From NCBI GenBank assembly GCA_009015555.1, contig GCA_009015555.1_3613.1: a stretch of DNA of 64,000 nucleotides, one strand, 5' to 3'. The position numbers and the translations under genes were made by a program. Position 1 is the stretch's first letter. The number at the start of each line of letters is the position of its first letter. A model generated the notes under the pieces. The model had not been told where the DNA came from and searched no databases. It saw only the letters and a list, made by a program, of their open reading frames with translations. Origin of the DNA: a phage. Shown here one piece after another: positions 63,021 through 64,000 of the stretch.

Positions 63021-63596
63021 ATGGAAAACATTACCCTTTCCGACCTTCCTTCACAAACTAATCTGACTCGAATCCAAAAGAGTCGGTTTGTGAAAAAGGC
63101 CAACGACCTGTTGAAGCAGGGCTTTAATAAAGCTGCTGCCGTTAACGGGGCCGTTGGCTCCGTCCTCGTCCAGAAAGCCGCTGGTGAAGAAGAGATGATT
63201 TCTTATGAGATCATCTACGAACCTGACACCCCGGACCTTCACGGACAGTGGATGTCGAAAGAGACCTTGGTAAAGGCTCAACAGGATTTCAAAAAGGCTC
63301 AGGAACTCGGTGCTGTCACGGAGAACCTGTATCACCTTTTCGACACCGACTCTTGGAAAATCGTTGACCACTGGATTCAACCAGAGTTCGACGTTAATGT
63401 AGCGCAAACTGGCGAAGTAATCAAGGCCGGATCTTGGGTTGCAAAAGTTCAGTACACCCCTGAGACATGGGAGTTGAAGAAGGCCGGACTTATCGGTGGC
63501 CTGTCACTTCAGTGCGGCGGAATGCTGAACGAAGAGACGAATGAACTTTCCGAACTGGACTTCAGTATTTCACTCGAAGAAGAGGAAGCCAAATGA
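63021..63596 (+). CDS. hypothetical head-morphogenesis-region protein
   Basis: Track ORF 62973..63596; start at ATG spaced 5 nt after GGGAG. Confidence 0.45.
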   Translation: MENITLSDLPSQTNLTRIQKSRFVKKANDLLKQGFNKAAAVNGAVGSVLVQKAAGEEEMISYEIIYEPDTPDLHGQWMSKETLVKAQQDFKKAQELGAVTENLYHLFDTDSWKIVDHWIQPEFDVNVAQTGEVIKAGSWVAKVQYTPETWELKKAGLIGGLSLQCGGMLNEETNELSELDFSISLEEEEAK

Positions 63597-64000
63597 TCAA
63601 GACGTGGATCGAGAAAGGTCGCCAGATTAAATCTCGCGGCATTGCTCTCACTCACCGAGATCAGGGCTACAGCGCGAATAACCGCCACGTCAGCCTCCTG
63701 ACCAAATCCGAAGTTGACCCTGAGAAACTCACGGTTGACATCATCAAATCTCTCGAACAGGTCCAACTCACCATTTCTATGGAAGAGTACCTGCGCCGCT
63801 TCTTCCACCTGTGGAGTGGAGATGCAGAGTTGCTCACCAAAGTGCTGGGCATGAAGACCGAGTTCGAACAGTCCATCGAAGACAACCCGCCGGATGATGA
63901 TTCCTGGGAAGCAGAATGGAATGAGCGCCACCAAGAATACTTGGAACAGAAGCTCTCCTCTGTCACCCTTATCAAGAAAGCGAAGGCTGGCGATGAACTG
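63593..64000 (+). CDS. hypothetical protein (partial, continues beyond window end)
   Basis: ATG overlapping upstream stop (ATGA), RBS GAAGAGGAAG; open to end of window. Confidence 0.4.
   Translation, partial: MIKTWIEKGRQIKSRGIALTHRDQGYSANNRHVSLLTKSEVDPEKLTVDIIKSLEQVQLTISMEEYLRRFFHLWSGDAELLTKVLGMKTEFEQSIEDNPPDDDSWEAEWNERHQEYLEQKLSSVTLIKKAKAGDEL

Overview
This 64-kb window reads as part of a virulent, Felix-O1-like myophage genome (inferred from gene content; no search was run). No integrase, repressor, transposase or CRISPR array was seen. All coordinates for hand-called features (tRNAs, promoters, terminators, small ORFs) are approximate to about 2 nt.

Layout:
- 1-4030 (+): early genes of unknown function driven by repeated sigma70-like promoters.
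- 4030-6170: an ORF-free, repeat-rich island that ends in a plus-strand terminator.
- 6189-49775 (-): about 95 tightly packed leftward genes, many joined by ATGA/TAATG overlaps. Recognisable products are RNR NrdA/NrdB, glutaredoxin, ThyX-like, HAD nucleotidase, P-loop kinase, two MazG-like, PhoH, T4-type DNA ligase, FEN exonuclease, endonuclease VII, RuvC-like, DEDD exonuclease, HNH, NADAR, CCA-adding enzyme, PTH2-like, ClpP-like, a small MTase and a GH108 muralytic enzyme.
- 49776-50139: AT-rich region with a leftward promoter.
- 50140-64000 (+): a Prs-like plus NAMPT-like gene pair, small ORFs, a cluster of 19 tRNA genes (55478-59024), a spanin-like pair, terminase large subunit and portal.

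Most notable:
1. The Prs-like/NAMPT-like pair (51270-54002) looks like a two-enzyme NAD+ reconstitution anti-defence module (NARP1-type).
2. The 2-kb non-coding island (4030-6170) has arrays of palindromes, nested repeats and GNRA hairpins and is probably transcribed.
3. Two tRNAs carry Leu anticodons (CAA, TAG) on short-variable-arm bodies, and the cluster has tRNA-like remnants in its spacers.
4. A tRNA-maintenance gene set (CCA enzyme, PTH2-like, class-II-aaRS-like, NTase, MazG-like) and a NADAR gene are further counter-defence candidates.
5. At least seven paralogous genes with collagen-like Gly-X-Y tracts share a conserved C-terminal module.
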